Origin: an uncultured archaeon
GTDB lineage: Archaea; Asgardarchaeota; Thorarchaeia; Thorarchaeales; Thorarchaeaceae
Length of the DNA stretch: 64,000 bases
Assembly (NCBI GenBank): GCA_964558645.1
Contig: CAZLEV010000001.1
Location: forward strand, 221,568-285,567
Direction: 5' to 3'
Positions 9,526-19,927 of this stretch are shown here, one piece after another (position 1 is the stretch's first letter; every line of letters begins with the position of its first letter). The notes below the pieces were generated by a model. It was not told where the DNA came from, ran no database searches, and worked only from the letters and a program-made list of their open reading frames with translations. The position numbers and the translations under genes are program-made.

Positions 9526-10719
9526 CTATTCCTCTTCTATCGGTATCTCTTCTCCGTTGATGAAGACCTTCTCAGGTTTGCTGTAGAAGGTGAAGGGATC
9601 CCCTGACCAGATGACAACATCAGCGTCCTTGCCTGGCTCTAACGATCCAACTCTATCCTCGAGACCCAACATCTCAGCTGGATTCACGGTTACAGCCTTG
9701 AAGGCCTCCTCTTTTGGCATTCCAAACTTGATTGCGTACATGGGAAGCAACTGGAAATGGATCATGGGGGTCAGCGAGTCGGTCTGAAGTGCTACTTTCA
9801 CACCGGCCTCATGCAATACAACCGCAGTCTTGAACGACCTCTCTCTGGTCTCCGGCTTCGAGACCCAATACATCGTGGGTCCGACCACTGCTGGTACTCC
9901 TGCCTCTGCGATGAAGTCTGCAATCTTGTGGCCCTCAGTGCAGTGTATGATCACCACTCTGAGATTGAACTCCTTCGCAATGCGAATCACGGTAGCTATG
10001 TCATCGGCCCTGTGGGCATGAGCATGTATTGGTATCTCTCGCTTCAGGACCTTCGCAATGGTCTCAAGCCCGAGATCTTTCTCTGGCGGCTTCGGAGGGA
10101 CCTCGCCCTTCTCTTTGGCCTCTTTGACCTTCTTTCCAAATGTGGTCCATTCATTCAAATAGTTCTGAGCTTTTGTGAGGGTCTTCCTGAGTGTTGCAGC
10201 TACCCCCATCCTTGTCGATGGTGTCTTCTTCTGCTCACCGTAGACCCGTTTTGGATTCTCGCCGAAGGCAACCTTCAGGCCCGAGGGTGAGAGGACCACC
10301 ATCTCGTCTACAACTGATGCTCCAGTTGGCTTGATCACAAAGGCCTCCCCCGAGATCACATTTGCGGAACCAGGCCCCGTGTTGATGCAGGTCACGCCTC
10401 CCCTGACGGCTTCCTTAAGAGACGGTTCAAAGGGATAGAAACTGTCTATGCCTCTCATCTCTGGTGTGACAGGCTCTGTGGCCTCATTGCCATCCATTCC
10501 AGCCCAACCAATTGAGCCATCGAAGAGCCCTTGGTGAGTATGGGCATCAACAAATCCGGGCACAACATACTTGTCAGATGCATCAATGACCTCTGCACCT
10601 TCAGGGATCTCTAGATCTTTTCCTATGGCAGTGATCTTCCCTTTGTCGATAATGACTATTCCGTCTTGTATCTCTCCGTTCACTGGACAGAGAATTGTGC
10701 CACCCTTGATTGCTATCAT
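9526..10719 (-). CDS. Metal-dependent amidohydrolase
   Basis: PGFVDAHTH, HAHRADD, IHCTEG, GSLEPGKDAD. Confidence 0.92.
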   Translation of the reverse strand: MIAIKGGTILCPVNGEIQDGIVIIDKGKITAIGKDLEIPEGAEVIDASDKYVVPGFVDAHTHQGLFDGSIGWAGMDGNEATEPVTPEMRGIDSFYPFEPSLKEAVRGGVTCINTGPGSANVISGEAFVIKPTGASVVDEMVVLSPSGLKVAFGENPKRVYGEQKKTPSTRMGVAATLRKTLTKAQNYLNEWTTFGKKVKEAKEKGEVPPKPPEKDLGLETIAKVLKREIPIHAHAHRADDIATVIRIAKEFNLRVVIIHCTEGHKIADFIAEAGVPAVVGPTMYWVSKPETRERSFKTAVVLHEAGVKVALQTDSLTPMIHFQLLPMYAIKFGMPKEEAFKAVTVNPAEMLGLEDRVGSLEPGKDADVVIWSGDPFTFYSKPEKVFINGEEIPIEEE

Positions 10720-10842
10720 TTGTGATTCTCCGCTTCAGAGTCAATACTCTCTCTGTCAAAAGTGTTAGTGTTTGTGTGAAGAGCCATCCCTCACCTAGTG
10801 CATACTTGGTTGATTGCTTGAAATACCGATATACTCGGGCGA

Positions 10843-11298
10843 CTACGAGCGATCTCCATTCCTATACTGCATCACACTCTCTATGAACTCCGTGGTTTCT
10901 ATACTCTTGTGCAATCCAAAGTCTGGGAGGTGGAACGAGAGTGTTGACTCTTGCGTTCTTAAGATGAGCATATCGTTGTAATCGCCCGTAAAGGCTGGGT
11001 GTTTGGCCGCCTCCAGCTCGACGATCTCATCCCATCCAAAGAATCGCTTCCACCCGAATATGTTGTAGAGGACACCATCATCATCGATCTGCAAATACCA
11101 CCGATGAAGCACCCTTGACGGTATCCACATGTCAATGAGTCCAAACATGATGATGAGTGGGAGTATCACGATAGCAAACGGTTCAAGCCACGGGTCGGAA
11201 CTAAACCAGAATGAAACAAGCAAAATGATGACTAGGAACGGTGCACAGGTGAGTCCGTTGAACCACGCGTTGGTTTCGCTTCTCTGGCGATACGCCAT
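10843..11298 (-). CDS. Membrane protein (2 TM + PH-like soluble domain)
   Basis: Two N-terminal TM helices, then IDDDGV...FGW.RFFGWDEI. Confidence 0.65.
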   Translation of the reverse strand: MAYRQRSETNAWFNGLTCAPFLVIILLVSFWFSSDPWLEPFAIVILPLIIMFGLIDMWIPSRVLHRWYLQIDDDGVLYNIFGWKRFFGWDEIVELEAAKHPAFTGDYNDMLILRTQESTLSFHLPDFGLHKSIETTEFIESVMQYRNGDRS

Positions 11299-11420
11299 GC
11301 ATAGATATACTCATTACTCTGAGATAAGTTTATCGAGTGATTTGTTTGAGCAAAAGTCAACCGTTACAAATGGGTTTAGAGCCCTGCGATTTCGCTCTAT
11401 TCTGGAGATGATAGGCCGTA

Positions 11421-11452
11421 GGGAGAGAAACAGCGGAGTGTTTCTTCACCCC
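11421..11452 (-). terminator. Hairpin downstream of gap
   Basis: GAGAAACA-GCGGAG-TGTTTCTT stem ~30 nt after the stop. Confidence 0.35.
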
Positions 11453-11478
11453 CGATACGACCTGTGTTCCTTCTTAAG

Positions 11479-12483
11479 CTAAAGCTTCTTAGCAACAATA
11501 GCCGCTAGGTCGGCCAGTCTGTGGGCATATCCTGCCTCGTTGTCGTACCACCCAAGAACCTTTACTAGATTGTCTTTGACATTCGTCGACAGCGCATCAA
11601 AGCTGCACGAGTGTGGGTTTCCGATGAAATCGGAGGATACGAGCGGTTCATCCACATAATCGAGATAGGGGGCCAATGAACCCTTTGCTGCTGCATTCTT
11701 GAAGGCCTCATTCACTGACTCAACAGTGGCTTCCTTCTTCACGGTGACAGTCAAATCCACAATAGATCCATCCATCACTGGAACTCGCATAGCCATACCA
11801 TCCAGCTTTCCATCAGCCTTTGGATAGACTAAGCCAATAGCCGCTGCCGCGCCTGTTGTTGTCGGGACGATATTCCAGCATGCCGCCCGTGCTCTCCTGA
11901 GATCCTTATGAGGCCCATCAAGCATAACCTGATCATTCGTGACTGCGTGAATTGTTGTCATGAGTCCGCATTCTATCCCAAATGCCTCATCGAGCACTTT
12001 TACCAAGGGGGCCAGACAGTTTGTAGTGCAAGATGCGTTTGAGATAAGATGATGCTTCTCGGAGTCATAGTCCTCATCGTTGACACCTAATACTACAGTG
12101 AACATCGGCCCTTTGCATGGGGCACTGAGAAGAACCTTCTTTGCTCCTGCATCGAGATGCTTCTTGGCGTCCTCTGGTTTCCTGAAGAATCCAGTTGACT
12201 CAATCACAATATCGATGTTCATCTCTTTCCATGGAAGATTTGCCGGATCTCTTTCCGACAGAACCTTGAACTTCTTTCCATTGACGATGATGTTTCCCTT
12301 CTCATGAGATACCTCTCCTTCAAAGGGCCCCATGACGGTGTCATACTTGAAAAGATGTGCGAGGGTCTTCTCGTCTGTGAGGTCATTCAAAGCCACAACT
12401 TCAAACTCCTTCATATCGAATGCGGCACGGAGAAAGCCCCGACCGATTCGTCCAAATCCGTTGATAGCCACACGTACAGTCAT
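11479..12483 (-). CDS. gap: Type I (bacterial/eukaryotic class) glyceraldehyde-3-phosphate dehydrogenase
   Basis: AINGFGRIGR, ASCTTNCLAP catalytic motif, HKDLRRARAA S-loop, WYDNE.GY. Confidence 0.97.
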   Translation of the reverse strand: MTVRVAINGFGRIGRGFLRAAFDMKEFEVVALNDLTDEKTLAHLFKYDTVMGPFEGEVSHEKGNIIVNGKKFKVLSERDPANLPWKEMNIDIVIESTGFFRKPEDAKKHLDAGAKKVLLSAPCKGPMFTVVLGVNDEDYDSEKHHLISNASCTTNCLAPLVKVLDEAFGIECGLMTTIHAVTNDQVMLDGPHKDLRRARAACWNIVPTTTGAAAAIGLVYPKADGKLDGMAMRVPVMDGSIVDLTVTVKKEATVESVNEAFKNAAAKGSLAPYLDYVDEPLVSSDFIGNPHSCSFDALSTNVKDNLVKVLGWYDNEAGYAHRLADLAAIVAKKL

Positions 12484-12651
12484 TAATTGTCACACCTGCT
12501 TTGGTTGGACTAACCACGTTTTTGCTCTGCTATAATTGTTGCGCAACATCTTGTCTTGCTATATCTCATTCTATCTCGAGCCAATCCGTGCCCGATTTCA
12601 CAATCGGTGGCTATTTCAGATAGTACGGCAATGTGCTTACGATGAAGAGCC

Positions 12652-13995
12652 ATGACCGAAGACCTTCTTCCGTTCATAGATGATTATCGTGATTCCTCCA
12701 TGCGGGACCTCAGCCGTTTGATCAAGCTGCCCTCGGTGGCTGCCAAAGGAGAACACATGGATGAAACAGCTCAGGTTGTTGAGGAGATGCTACGCAAGGC
12801 GGGTTTCAAGACCGATATACACGAGACCTCAGGCTGTCCCGTTGTGACTGGAGAAATAGATGTGGGGGCGGAGCGGACGCTGCTTTTTTACGACCACTAC
12901 GACGTCCAGCCGGCTGAGCCCTTCGAGCTGTGGGAATCGCCTCCATTCGAAATGTCCGTTCGGGGCGACCGCATCTACGGTCGAGGTGTGGCTGATAACA
13001 AGGGAGACCTAGTGACTCGGATTTGGGCTGTTAAGGCGTTCCAAGAGACTGACACACAGATTCCTGTCAACCTGAAGTTCGTCGTTGAGGGCGAGGAGGA
13101 GATCAGCAGCCCTCATCTACACGAGTTCGTGGAGGGTAATCGTGAGTGGCTCAAGGCTGACGGCGGAATCTGGGAGTTCGGTGGGTCGGGCATCGATGGG
13201 AAACAGGAGGCATGGTTGGGTCTCAAGGGAATTCTCTATGTTCAGCTTGAGGTTGAGGCACTTTCGCACGATGCACACTCCTCATTGGGATGTGTACTTC
13301 CATCAGCCGCGTATCAGCTCGTCTGGGCACTGTGCTCTCTGAAGGGGGTAGATGAACGAATCATGATTGATGGCTTCTATGATGACCTCAAGCCTCTGAC
13401 TGATGCAGAGCAACAGGCTCTGTCTCTGATTGAGATGCGGGAAGAGGATGTCAAGAAGCACTACGGTATCGACTCCTTCATTCTGGGTCTGGAGGGTGAC
13501 ACCCTCAAGGAGGCATACTACAATGGGCCAACCTGCAACATCTGTGGGATTGACACCGGCTACCAAGGTGAGGGGTCGAAGACTGTACTACCTGCCAAGG
13601 CCACCGCCAAGCTCGACTTCAGACTCGTTGAGGGAATGGACCCTGATGTTGTTCTGAAGGGCCTGAGGGCTCATCTCGATAATCATGACTTCAGTGATGT
13701 CAAGATAGCATGGCATGATGGCTATCCAGCTGCCAAGACTCCAGTTGATCATCCCTTTGTAGAGATTGTATCTCGGGCGAATGAGGCTGTCTATGGGCAC
13801 AAGCTGGTAATCCAGCCAACAAGCCCAGGTTCAGGTCCACTCTATCTCTTTGACGGTTTGGCCCCGATGGTATCCATTGGCTGTGGTGATTTCGAATCCA
13901 GAGCCCACTCACCCAATGAAACAATCCTCACTGCTAATCTCGTAAACGCAACCAAACGGATGGCTGTACTCATCAGCATGATGGCCGACTACTAG
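12652..13995 (+). CDS. M20 family dipeptidase / ArgE-DapE-like peptidase
   Basis: HYDVQP, GRGVADNKG, EGEEEI.S, AHSPNE. Confidence 0.93.
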   Translation: MTEDLLPFIDDYRDSSMRDLSRLIKLPSVAAKGEHMDETAQVVEEMLRKAGFKTDIHETSGCPVVTGEIDVGAERTLLFYDHYDVQPAEPFELWESPPFEMSVRGDRIYGRGVADNKGDLVTRIWAVKAFQETDTQIPVNLKFVVEGEEEISSPHLHEFVEGNREWLKADGGIWEFGGSGIDGKQEAWLGLKGILYVQLEVEALSHDAHSSLGCVLPSAAYQLVWALCSLKGVDERIMIDGFYDDLKPLTDAEQQALSLIEMREEDVKKHYGIDSFILGLEGDTLKEAYYNGPTCNICGIDTGYQGEGSKTVLPAKATAKLDFRLVEGMDPDVVLKGLRAHLDNHDFSDVKIAWHDGYPAAKTPVDHPFVEIVSRANEAVYGHKLVIQPTSPGSGPLYLFDGLAPMVSIGCGDFESRAHSPNETILTANLVNATKRMAVLISMMADY

Positions 13996-13999
13996 ATGA

Positions 14000-15592
14000 T
14001 CAGGGGAGAGGTGGTCTGATTTCGATCTCCTTTTCCCACTCAACAGAGTAGGTGTATTCGATTCTGATTTCCTCATCTGGCTTGATATCAAGTTCCCACT
14101 CGATGACGCCCAGTTCCATAGTCTTGTACTCGTGAGTGAAATCTTCGAGTTCCACGGATATCTTCTCCGAGTCGCTATGTGGAACCCTGTCAATGACACG
14201 CATTGTGACATCTCTTTTGGCGAAACTTTGTATCTCCAAACCATACTTGTACTCACGACGCTTCTTTCCTCTTGTGAGGCCTGCTTTCTCCGTTTCTTTC
14301 TTGAGCATCTTCTTCTCAGCTTTCATGTCGTATGCGTTTCTTGCGCCAAGATAGAACTCCTCCCTTGGGGCTATTGTCGTCGTGGCTGTCTCGCTCAGGA
14401 AGTTCCCGTTGGAATACACCTTCACTTTTCCTGGAAGAATCAACGAGTCGCCGTTGGTGATCCGATTCTGAACAATGAAAGAGTCCATTGCATATGCATT
14501 CCAGTAGTAGACCTCTTGGCTGCTGAATTCCTCTTCAAGTAGTGTTATCGGATGTTGGTCCGTGTCTGCCGGTATTGTCACAGCACCTTGAACATTGAAT
14601 ACCATGCCTCCGCCCGCAGTTTCTGCAGCCCGTGCTGTGGCAGTAGTCATCTCTTCGAGACGACCAATCATCTCGTCGATAGCTGCTCCGTCAGCTAGCC
14701 TTCCAGAAGGAAGTTTCAGGTCGCCCAAATCGCGCTCTACCCTTCTTCTCTCTTCATATACCCTCTGTGGATCTGTAGTACTGATGTAATACGGACTCGG
14801 TTTCACTCTAGTGACTGGCCTAGCCGAGGCTGTCGAAACCGTGAGTTCTACATCTCTCCAGTCCTCAGAGCTGTAGTTCCAGACTATTGCCAACCTCTTC
14901 ATTGCGCTCTTATCGCCCATCAGATCGATGTCGTATTGAGGTAGCCATCGAGCCTCTCCTATCTGATAAGTCACCTCTAGAGCAACTTCGCACTCCTCCT
15001 TGACATCCAGATCTACAGTAATTTCTTTCTTTGATTCAACTCTTCGCTCCCCCTCGATCTTCGACAGTGCCGCTTTGACCTCTGCAATCTTGGCATCTAC
15101 CCCCTCGAGCTTCAGTTTTAGTTCGCGTATCTTCGCCTGTGCTTCTATTATCATGCCTGTGCTCTTCTCGTCCAATGTCGATATCGCACCAATCTCACTG
15201 TCTCCGAAAGCATAGCGATTCCCAAATTCGGCAGAGAAGCTGTCCACGACCATCCGTAGGCGTTCCACTCTGCGTTCTTGGATGGAGATCTGTTCGCTGA
15301 TGTCCAGTCTCTCTTCTTCGAGATCCTCAAGCTTCTTCCTCAGCTTCTCCAGATCACCCTCGGGCTCGAAGACTTCCTTCTTCGTCCTGATATCTATCCC
15401 CCTGATGCTTGCTTTACCCTTGCCTTTTACACGAAAGCTGTCTTCTTGAGCATGACGTGTGATACCGCCGAGCAGGATGTGTTGCTCTCCAGGCTTCACC
15501 TTTGCAGTACCTCTTCTTGTTATTCTCGCCCCATCGACGAAGACGGTCACTTTTTCTATTGGTGCATCAATTTCTGTGCTCATCTCTCTCAC
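14000..15592 (-). CDS. DUF4140/DUF4139 (MuiA-like) protein
   Basis: VTVFVDGA.ITR.G, coiled coil, A.W.P.YDI, S.EDW..VELTVST. Confidence 0.88.
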   Translation of the reverse strand: MREMSTEIDAPIEKVTVFVDGARITRRGTAKVKPGEQHILLGGITRHAQEDSFRVKGKGKASIRGIDIRTKKEVFEPEGDLEKLRKKLEDLEEERLDISEQISIQERRVERLRMVVDSFSAEFGNRYAFGDSEIGAISTLDEKSTGMIIEAQAKIRELKLKLEGVDAKIAEVKAALSKIEGERRVESKKEITVDLDVKEECEVALEVTYQIGEARWLPQYDIDLMGDKSAMKRLAIVWNYSSEDWRDVELTVSTASARPVTRVKPSPYYISTTDPQRVYEERRRVERDLGDLKLPSGRLADGAAIDEMIGRLEEMTTATARAAETAGGGMVFNVQGAVTIPADTDQHPITLLEEEFSSQEVYYWNAYAMDSFIVQNRITNGDSLILPGKVKVYSNGNFLSETATTTIAPREEFYLGARNAYDMKAEKKMLKKETEKAGLTRGKKRREYKYGLEIQSFAKRDVTMRVIDRVPHSDSEKISVELEDFTHEYKTMELGVIEWELDIKPDEEIRIEYTYSVEWEKEIEIRPPLP

Positions 15593-15595
15593 ATC

Positions 15596-17203
15596 CTACG
15601 GTAGTGGTGGGTAGACCGCTGTGCCTCGTTTCCATTCAACCTCGTACCCGTATTCGATTGTATGCTTGTCCTTAGTTGGGATCTCTAGATTCCATGTGAT
15701 AACTCCCAACTCCTGCTTGTCTGGTCCGAGCTTCTCTACGTCTGATTTTACCTGAAGTTCTGGCTCGTTGCTATGGGGGATTCTGTCAATGACCTCTATC
15801 TCAATAGGAGCCTTTGCCAGATTCTCAATGGTCAATCTATACTTGTATCCTCTCCTCAGCTTTCCCCTCGTTAGACCCGCCTTGTAGATGGTCTTGTCAA
15901 CCAGTTTCTTATCGGCCTTGACATCATGGGCAATGCGAGTACCAAGGGTCCTCTTCTCCCGTGGAGATGTGAATGGGATCGTTGTTTCACCTACATATTC
16001 GCCCTCTGCATAGATCTTCGCTTTGCCAGCCATGAGAACACTGTCACCGTTGGTCACTTCATTCTCGGCTACGACATCAGCCATTCCGTCAGGATACCAG
16101 TAATGTAGAGTCTTCGACTCCAGGTCTTCTGAAATAAGGTCTACCGGCCTCATCCGTCCTGACTCAACCGTGACAAGAGATGGAATCTCGTATCTGGCTA
16201 TACCTCCCTCAACTTCTTCAAACTCCGCCTCATCAATCTCCATTTCGGGGGCGGGTGGAGGAGGCGGTGCAGCTGCAAGCTTCGCGCTTGGAGGGGCCGC
16301 CTCTTTGGCCATGAATCTTGCTCCTCCTCCTGTCATGGCCATCGCTGGCCTCGGAACGAACTCTCTGAGAATCAGCGGTCTTCCCTCGATGGCCTCCACA
16401 GGCCTAGCCTGTGCGCTTGAAACCACCATCTCTACTTCTTTCCAATCCTCTTGGGTGTGGTTCCTCACAAGGGCAATCCGCCGCATCTTGGCAGACTTCT
16501 TATCAAGGTCAATGTCGTACTGCGGTCTCCAAGATGCAGACGAACACTGGTAGTCCACATTGAGCAGGATTTCCGATGTCTTCTCTACCTCAAGACTCAC
16601 TTGAATGTCGAAGGTTTCCTTTATGAGTCGGGTTCCCGATTTCTCCGCCATTTGGTGTCTTAAGACTTCGATCTGATCGACAATATCCTTTCTCTCCTTG
16701 GACAGGGCTGCCAGTCTTTCTTTGATCTGCTTTATCATTGACATTGAGGTGCTGTCCATTTCCGCGAGTCTGTCGACTGCGACTTCTCCACCTGCAAAGG
16801 TCCGTCCAAATGTTTCCGAGAAGTCATCCAAGACCCCGTTTACTCCGTTCATGCGACCTTGATTTGTTTCGATGGTATCATCTAGCTCCTGTAGCTTCTT
16901 CTCAAGTTCACGCAGACTCTTCCTGTCATCTGATACATCATCCTCAGCCGTGACAAGTCTAGTCTGTTTAACGACATCGTAGTTGGTGATAGTAGCCGGT
17001 CCCTTCCCAGTGACCCTGAAGCTCTCGCGACCCGCGTCGATAGTTACACCCCGAATCCAAATCCTGCGCGACCCGGACTCGAGCTGCTTGCTTCCTGTTC
17101 TCGTGAGGAGGGCACCATCGAGAAGAACGGTGACCTTACTGATCTTGGTCTTCAAATCGGTCAAGGCAATCTCCTTGCTCTCTGTGTACAGAATCATGCC
17201 CAT
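15596..17203 (-). CDS. DUF4140/DUF4139 (MuiA-like) protein, tandem paralogue
   Basis: Same motifs as its neighbour, plus a Pro/Ala-rich linker (AAPPPPPAP). Confidence 0.88.
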   Translation of the reverse strand: MGMILYTESKEIALTDLKTKISKVTVLLDGALLTRTGSKQLESGSRRIWIRGVTIDAGRESFRVTGKGPATITNYDVVKQTRLVTAEDDVSDDRKSLRELEKKLQELDDTIETNQGRMNGVNGVLDDFSETFGRTFAGGEVAVDRLAEMDSTSMSMIKQIKERLAALSKERKDIVDQIEVLRHQMAEKSGTRLIKETFDIQVSLEVEKTSEILLNVDYQCSSASWRPQYDIDLDKKSAKMRRIALVRNHTQEDWKEVEMVVSSAQARPVEAIEGRPLILREFVPRPAMAMTGGGARFMAKEAAPPSAKLAAAPPPPPAPEMEIDEAEFEEVEGGIARYEIPSLVTVESGRMRPVDLISEDLESKTLHYWYPDGMADVVAENEVTNGDSVLMAGKAKIYAEGEYVGETTIPFTSPREKRTLGTRIAHDVKADKKLVDKTIYKAGLTRGKLRRGYKYRLTIENLAKAPIEIEVIDRIPHSNEPELQVKSDVEKLGPDKQELGVITWNLEIPTKDKHTIEYGYEVEWKRGTAVYPPLP

Positions 17204-17250
17204 TTATCTCTTGAGTCTGAAAGATTCTCCCCTTATGAGCGAGAGGGTAA

Positions 17251-17796
17251 CTAGGACTCTCTCCGTTTCATCCCATAGACCACTGTCCATATCAGCGCAA
17301 GCGCTATGGAGAGAAAGAGAAGAGTCAGCTTGATGGAACTCATGACGGATGCCAGAAGAAGAACCTGTGGCGACGTAGACTGATAGGCATTGAGTTGGGA
17401 CCAGACGAGGACATTCTCGGTGTAATCGAAGGCCGCTGCAATGAAGGGTAGAACTATTGCCACGCGAAGCCTGTGGTCGGGTGCGAGAACCCGTCTATTG
17501 ACCAACGCGATGCATGAGGAGAGGGTGATTGCCAGACTGATTGGGAAACCGGTATCGCAGAGCTGGAAAAGTCGATACACAAAAACCCCGTCATCGCCTA
17601 GGGCCGCAAAGAGGAGGTTTGCATCCTCCGGGGAGTACGCAAGCCTCATGTCCAAGGGTAGCAGGCCTCCCGAGATTGAGAGGAATTGCGGGAGTAAGAA
17701 TAGCATCATTATCATCGAGAATATGATTGTTGCCCCTAGAGCGGCCAAGAGGATTCCTCTATTTGCTGTTTCGTGTAGCCAACGAATCATATCCAT
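17251..17796 (-). CDS. Membrane protein (4 TM)
   Basis: PLDMRLAYS, D..FP, FDYTEN pattern with four hydrophobic helices. Confidence 0.75.
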   Translation of the reverse strand: MDMIRWLHETANRGILLAALGATIIFSMIMMLFLLPQFLSISGGLLPLDMRLAYSPEDANLLFAALGDDGVFVYRLFQLCDTGFPISLAITLSSCIALVNRRVLAPDHRLRVAIVLPFIAAAFDYTENVLVWSQLNAYQSTSPQVLLLASVMSSIKLTLLFLSIALALIWTVVYGMKRRES

Positions 17797-17925
17797 GCTC
17801 TATACTAGATGCTGTCTACCTATAATCTGTTGTCTTTGTTGAGAGATTCTAAGATTTTGCCCTGCAATCATATCAAGAGAAACAATTATTGGCGCTGGTA
17901 ACCATTACGTAGTGAGGGCATTCCT

Positions 17926-18777
17926 GTGCAAGAGTCAAGACCAATCAGATCTGCTGTCCTCGTGTTCTTGATGCTATTGGCTTCTATCATGATACAGGGA
18001 ATTCCCGAGGTTGTAGCACCACCGTTTCCTGTTGATTGTACAAGCGGATTTGTGTCTCCCCTGATGAGTGACATCACTATGGATAAGGCCCGCCTCAACG
18101 CTTCAGCTGTCATGACTAACATCTCGAACTCAAACTACAGCTACGCGGTTCACGGCATTTACAGATTCGACCTGCGAAACTCTCGGAATTATAATGCTAC
18201 TATCATACTCGCCCATGCAATGACGGGATCTATGACTGTCCATTCTTTCTCGTTAGACAATTGGATTGATGGTGAAGAGGAGAACTGCACCGCCATTCTC
18301 TATCAGTCAACTGAGCTCCTAGGCCGGTACGACACCTGGGCGCGGTATTCATCAGTCTATCACATTCTCAATGTTACCTTGGTCAACACAACCTCTGTTG
18401 CTCTGTTTGTTGCAGTGTCATTTCAAATCTCGGCTACTGGAGATATCCTGAATCTGGGACTCGCTGCAAGCGATTCCCTGCCTTGGAATCACTCGGCATT
18501 CCAGACAATAGTTCTCTCGGTATTCAACACAACCGTGTTCAGAAACATCAGTTTTGAGCCCCCTGCTAGCACTAGTACTCTCGATGTACTGGACCTAACT
18601 ACTGCACGTTGGGAACTGAATATGACGAGTTTCAGTGAGAAGTACGTCCTTACCGAACTTGTGCAGAACATTTACGAGCCGCCAGGATACGACCCGTTTC
18701 CAGCAATTGCTCTGGTTGTGTTGATCATCCTAGGGGGCCTAGTCGTCGTGAAGAGATATGCTAGAAGCCAAGACTGA
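17926..18777 (+). CDS. Exported, C-terminally anchored surface glycoprotein-like protein
   Basis: N-terminal signal-like segment, many N-x-S/T sequons, C-terminal TM followed by KR. Confidence 0.7.
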   Translation: MQESRPIRSAVLVFLMLLASIMIQGIPEVVAPPFPVDCTSGFVSPLMSDITMDKARLNASAVMTNISNSNYSYAVHGIYRFDLRNSRNYNATIILAHAMTGSMTVHSFSLDNWIDGEEENCTAILYQSTELLGRYDTWARYSSVYHILNVTLVNTTSVALFVAVSFQISATGDILNLGLAASDSLPWNHSAFQTIVLSVFNTTVFRNISFEPPASTSTLDVLDLTTARWELNMTSFSEKYVLTELVQNIYEPPGYDPFPAIALVVLIILGGLVVVKRYARSQD

Positions 18778-18811
18778 AGTGCCGGAGATAGATTCCAGAC
18801 TGCACAGCGCT

Positions 18812-18969
18812 TCAATGAAGTCGCTGACTGCGAGGACGAAGGAGATCGTAGTAGAAGCCGTCCGCTATGCCGGTCCGATTCCTATCTTGGCGTCAGGGAA
18901 CATCTTCAGGACAGCTTGAGCCATTACATGAGATAGGGCGTGTCTGAGTCTGTGTAGGCCCTCTTCCAT
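18812..18969 (-). pseudogene. thrS: Fragment of bacterial-type threonyl-tRNA synthetase (N2 editing region), frameshifted
   Basis: [34 protein letters not shown] and, after restoring 1 nt, (I)ADGFYYDL. This matches the ThrRS RHS.AH.MAQAV..LFP..K..IGP.I..GFYYD motif. Confidence 0.8.
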
Positions 18970-19049
18970 TCTGGTTCAGCTCGCTATTCGCTATGCTCTA
19001 CTCGGTCAAGTCAAGAAAGGTTTGTACCTGAGAGTAACGAAGACCCAAT

Positions 19050-19808
19050 CTATTCGATTTCTGGATAGAGTCTCAACGTGTTCTCACGGATGATCTCTCG
19101 CAGTTCTTCTCTACCTCTCTTGAGAATAGAAGCTATCTCGTCTAAGACCAAGGGCACATTGCTTGGTTCATTTCGTTGTCCTTTCTCAGCCCCAAGAACA
19201 GGACTGTCCGTTTCGAGCAACAGATGCTCAATTTCGGTAGCCCTTACAAGCTTCTGCTTCTGCCTGGACCTAACAACCGAATTGGGAACTGAGAAGTAGT
19301 AGCCGAGCTCGCGTGATGCTTCTCTGGCGTAACCAGCACGTCCGTCAAAGGCATGCATATGCACTCGGGTGGCGTTGGCTTGCTCCAATACTTCGAGCGC
19401 TTTTTTCCCGGCTGACCTCGAATGAACCTGAATCGGTTTTTGCAGTTCATCTGCCAAGCTGATGAACTCTTGGAACACGTGTTCTTGTAACCCTCTCTGG
19501 ACATGGTTGCGTATGATGAAGTGATCCAGTCCCACTTCACCGACTGCAGTAATCTCCTCCGCGTGTTGCCGGATGTACTCCATTGCCGCGTCATAGGGCT
19601 CGAACTGTGTGGGGTCTAGGCCGATTGAAGCAAAGACCCCATCATGTGAGTGTGAGAGCCTAAGGGCCGTATCCCAGGTTTTGGGACTTATCGCCGAAGT
19701 AATCATAGCAATCCGGAATCCGAGCGCGCGCTTGATGACTTCCTCACGGTCATCAGAGAACTCATCCTGCTCAATGTGGCAGTGAGTGTCGATGAAGTCC
19801 CAGTTCAT
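19050..19808 (-). CDS. tatD: TatD family nuclease
   Basis: IDTHCH, VGEVGLD, VHSR.A, HAF.G, LLETDSP, NEP. Confidence 0.93.
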   Translation of the reverse strand: MNWDFIDTHCHIEQDEFSDDREEVIKRALGFRIAMITSAISPKTWDTALRLSHSHDGVFASIGLDPTQFEPYDAAMEYIRQHAEEITAVGEVGLDHFIIRNHVQRGLQEHVFQEFISLADELQKPIQVHSRSAGKKALEVLEQANATRVHMHAFDGRAGYAREASRELGYYFSVPNSVVRSRQKQKLVRATEIEHLLLETDSPVLGAEKGQRNEPSNVPLVLDEIASILKRGREELREIIRENTLRLYPEIE

Positions 19809-19927
19809 GGCCGATAGCCTCTGGTGAGTCAGCTTCCATTCTACTATATCAAACTGAGGATTCGGACTCCTGCGGTCAAGAACATTTGGCCATAGTATTA
19901 TGAAGGATGCACGCCATGGATTAGGCT

